A stretch of DNA of 64,000 bases from Nemertoderma westbladi (taxonomy: Eukaryota > Animalia > Xenacoelomorpha): positions 37,156-101,155 of the forward strand of contig JAUCBJ010004906.1 of assembly GCA_032718475.1 (NCBI GenBank). Reading direction: 5' to 3'. The position numbers were made by a program, and so were the translations under genes. Below the pieces are notes generated by a model. The model saw nothing but the letters and a program-made list of their open reading frames with translations. It was not told where the DNA came from and searched no databases. Below are positions 62,583-64,000 of the stretch, piece after piece (position 1 is the first letter of the stretch; every line of letters begins with the position of its first letter).

Positions 62583-64000
62583 GGCCCAAACTCCCAAAAA
62601 GGTTTCCCACACGATTCGACTTAATTTTAGAATCATATTTTTATTGGAACCTAGTAAAGTTATATATATATATATTTTTGAAGATAATTTTATGGTCCGA
62701 CAGATGCACGAAAGTCATACTGTCACTCCGACTTTGAAAGATTTTACAGACCTTTTAGTTATAAAAAATGCAGGTTTTTCAATTGTCCTAATACATCTGA
62801 TGGATGTATTTTGACATCTACAGTATTGAGTGTATTTCAACAAGTTATAGCTCATTTTAAAGCTAAATAATAGAGGAATGCAATAGAATAACTTCCAATT
62901 TCAAAATGTACCTATTTTTTTGACAATTACTTGTCCCAAACGGTAACACCTGAAATCACCAAAATGTTTTTATATGATTCTATAAACTAAATTCTTGGTT
63001 GTGAAAGGGGTGGAAGTTGAACGTTCCAGATTTTACGAAAAATTACTAAATATAACCGGAGATATGGGTGGTTTTATGCGTGCGAGTGGATTATGTCAAT
63101 TAGGATTGCCCCATGTGTATTGCTTTACCATGCTCTAGAATCAGTCCTAACAAACTTGATATGAAGATTCAAATACCAGCAGATAGCCCAGATATTGGGC
63201 TTTTGCGTGGTTAATCGTTTGTGGCAACAAGTGACTGTGGAATAGACTTTAGTTGCTTTTACGTTTATCAGCATGTGTTTTGTCCCGTCTGTAACAAAAG
63301 CCTGTAACACAAAAAATCGTTACAGGGCGGGACGTCCCACATGAAAAATGTGGGACGTATAATTTTGGGCTACAGATTGGGACATGCCTCACCTGTAACA
63401 CTATAGGTATAACTGCAAGAGGAGGAGTTAGAGGTGGGAGGGCAGAAGTTAGAGTTGTGAGGGGATCAAGTTGAGGTGGGAGGGGAAAAGGTCGAGGTGC
63501 AAGGGGAGCAGTTGGAGGGGCGAGAGGACTAGTTAAGGGTGCGAGAGCTGTAGTTAGAGGTGCGATAGGAGAAGCGTGTGGAGACGGAGTGGGAGGTATG
63601 GGAAGATCTATGGAGGACGGAGTGGGTAGTATAGGAGGATCTGTGGAGGTGTGGGAGACGGAGTGGGAAGTACAGGAGGATCTGTGGAGGTGTGGGAGAC
63701 GGAGTGGGAAGTACAGGATGATCTGTGGAGGGTGTAGGAGACGGAGTGGGAAGTACAGGAGGATCTGTGGAGGTGTGGGAGACGGAATGGGAAATACAGG
63801 AGGAACTGTGGAGGGTGTGGGAGGCGGAATGGGAAGTACAGGAGGATCTGTGGAGGTGTGGGAGACGGAGTGGGAAGTACAGGATGATCTGTGGAGGGTG
63901 TGGGAGACGGAATGGGAAGTACAGGAGGATCTGTGGAGGTGTGGGAGACGGAGTGGGAAGTACAGGATGATCTGTGGAGGTGTGGGAGACGGAATGGGAA
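62583..64000 (+). mobile_element. Second, inverted and internally deleted copy of the TIR transposon, including its 42-bp minisatellite (63575 to the window edge)
   Basis: Starts GGCCCAAACTCCCAAAAAGG..TTTCCCACACGATTCGAC; diverged reverse complement of about 22600-23468, then jumps to the equivalent of about 22050 and into GGAGACGGAGTGGGAAGTACAGGAGGATCTGT repeats. Confidence 0.85.

Overview
AT-rich, repeat-rich animal (metazoan) genomic DNA with spliceosomal GT-AG introns. All four protein-coding genes are on the minus strand: a furin-like proprotein convertase (3 exons, runs off the left edge), intronless HMCES/SRAP, intronless STPG1, and 11 internal exons (about 613 codons, phases consistent) of an UNC79 orthologue spanning 15960-62127. 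About 60% of the window is minisatellite. The main signal is that five arrays are anchored exactly at splice junctions. Four of them are tandem copies of the junction itself (donor or acceptor plus flanking exon), and the fifth abuts an acceptor but lacks its AG. The extreme case is a 24,490-bp UNC79 intron made essentially entirely of about 610 copies of a 40-bp unit, each carrying the acceptor (TTTTAG|GTTGTAC). Wherever I traced it, only the exon-proximal site keeps the reading frame. Two other arrays expanded inside tRNA-derived SINEs right after a shared motif, and one is carried inside a TIR DNA transposon present in two inverted copies. UNC79 stops mid-protein at a donor site, so either three same-strand genes are nested in its intron or the gene is split. 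Gene and repeat family names come from my recall of motifs; no search was run, and copy numbers are length divided by unit size.
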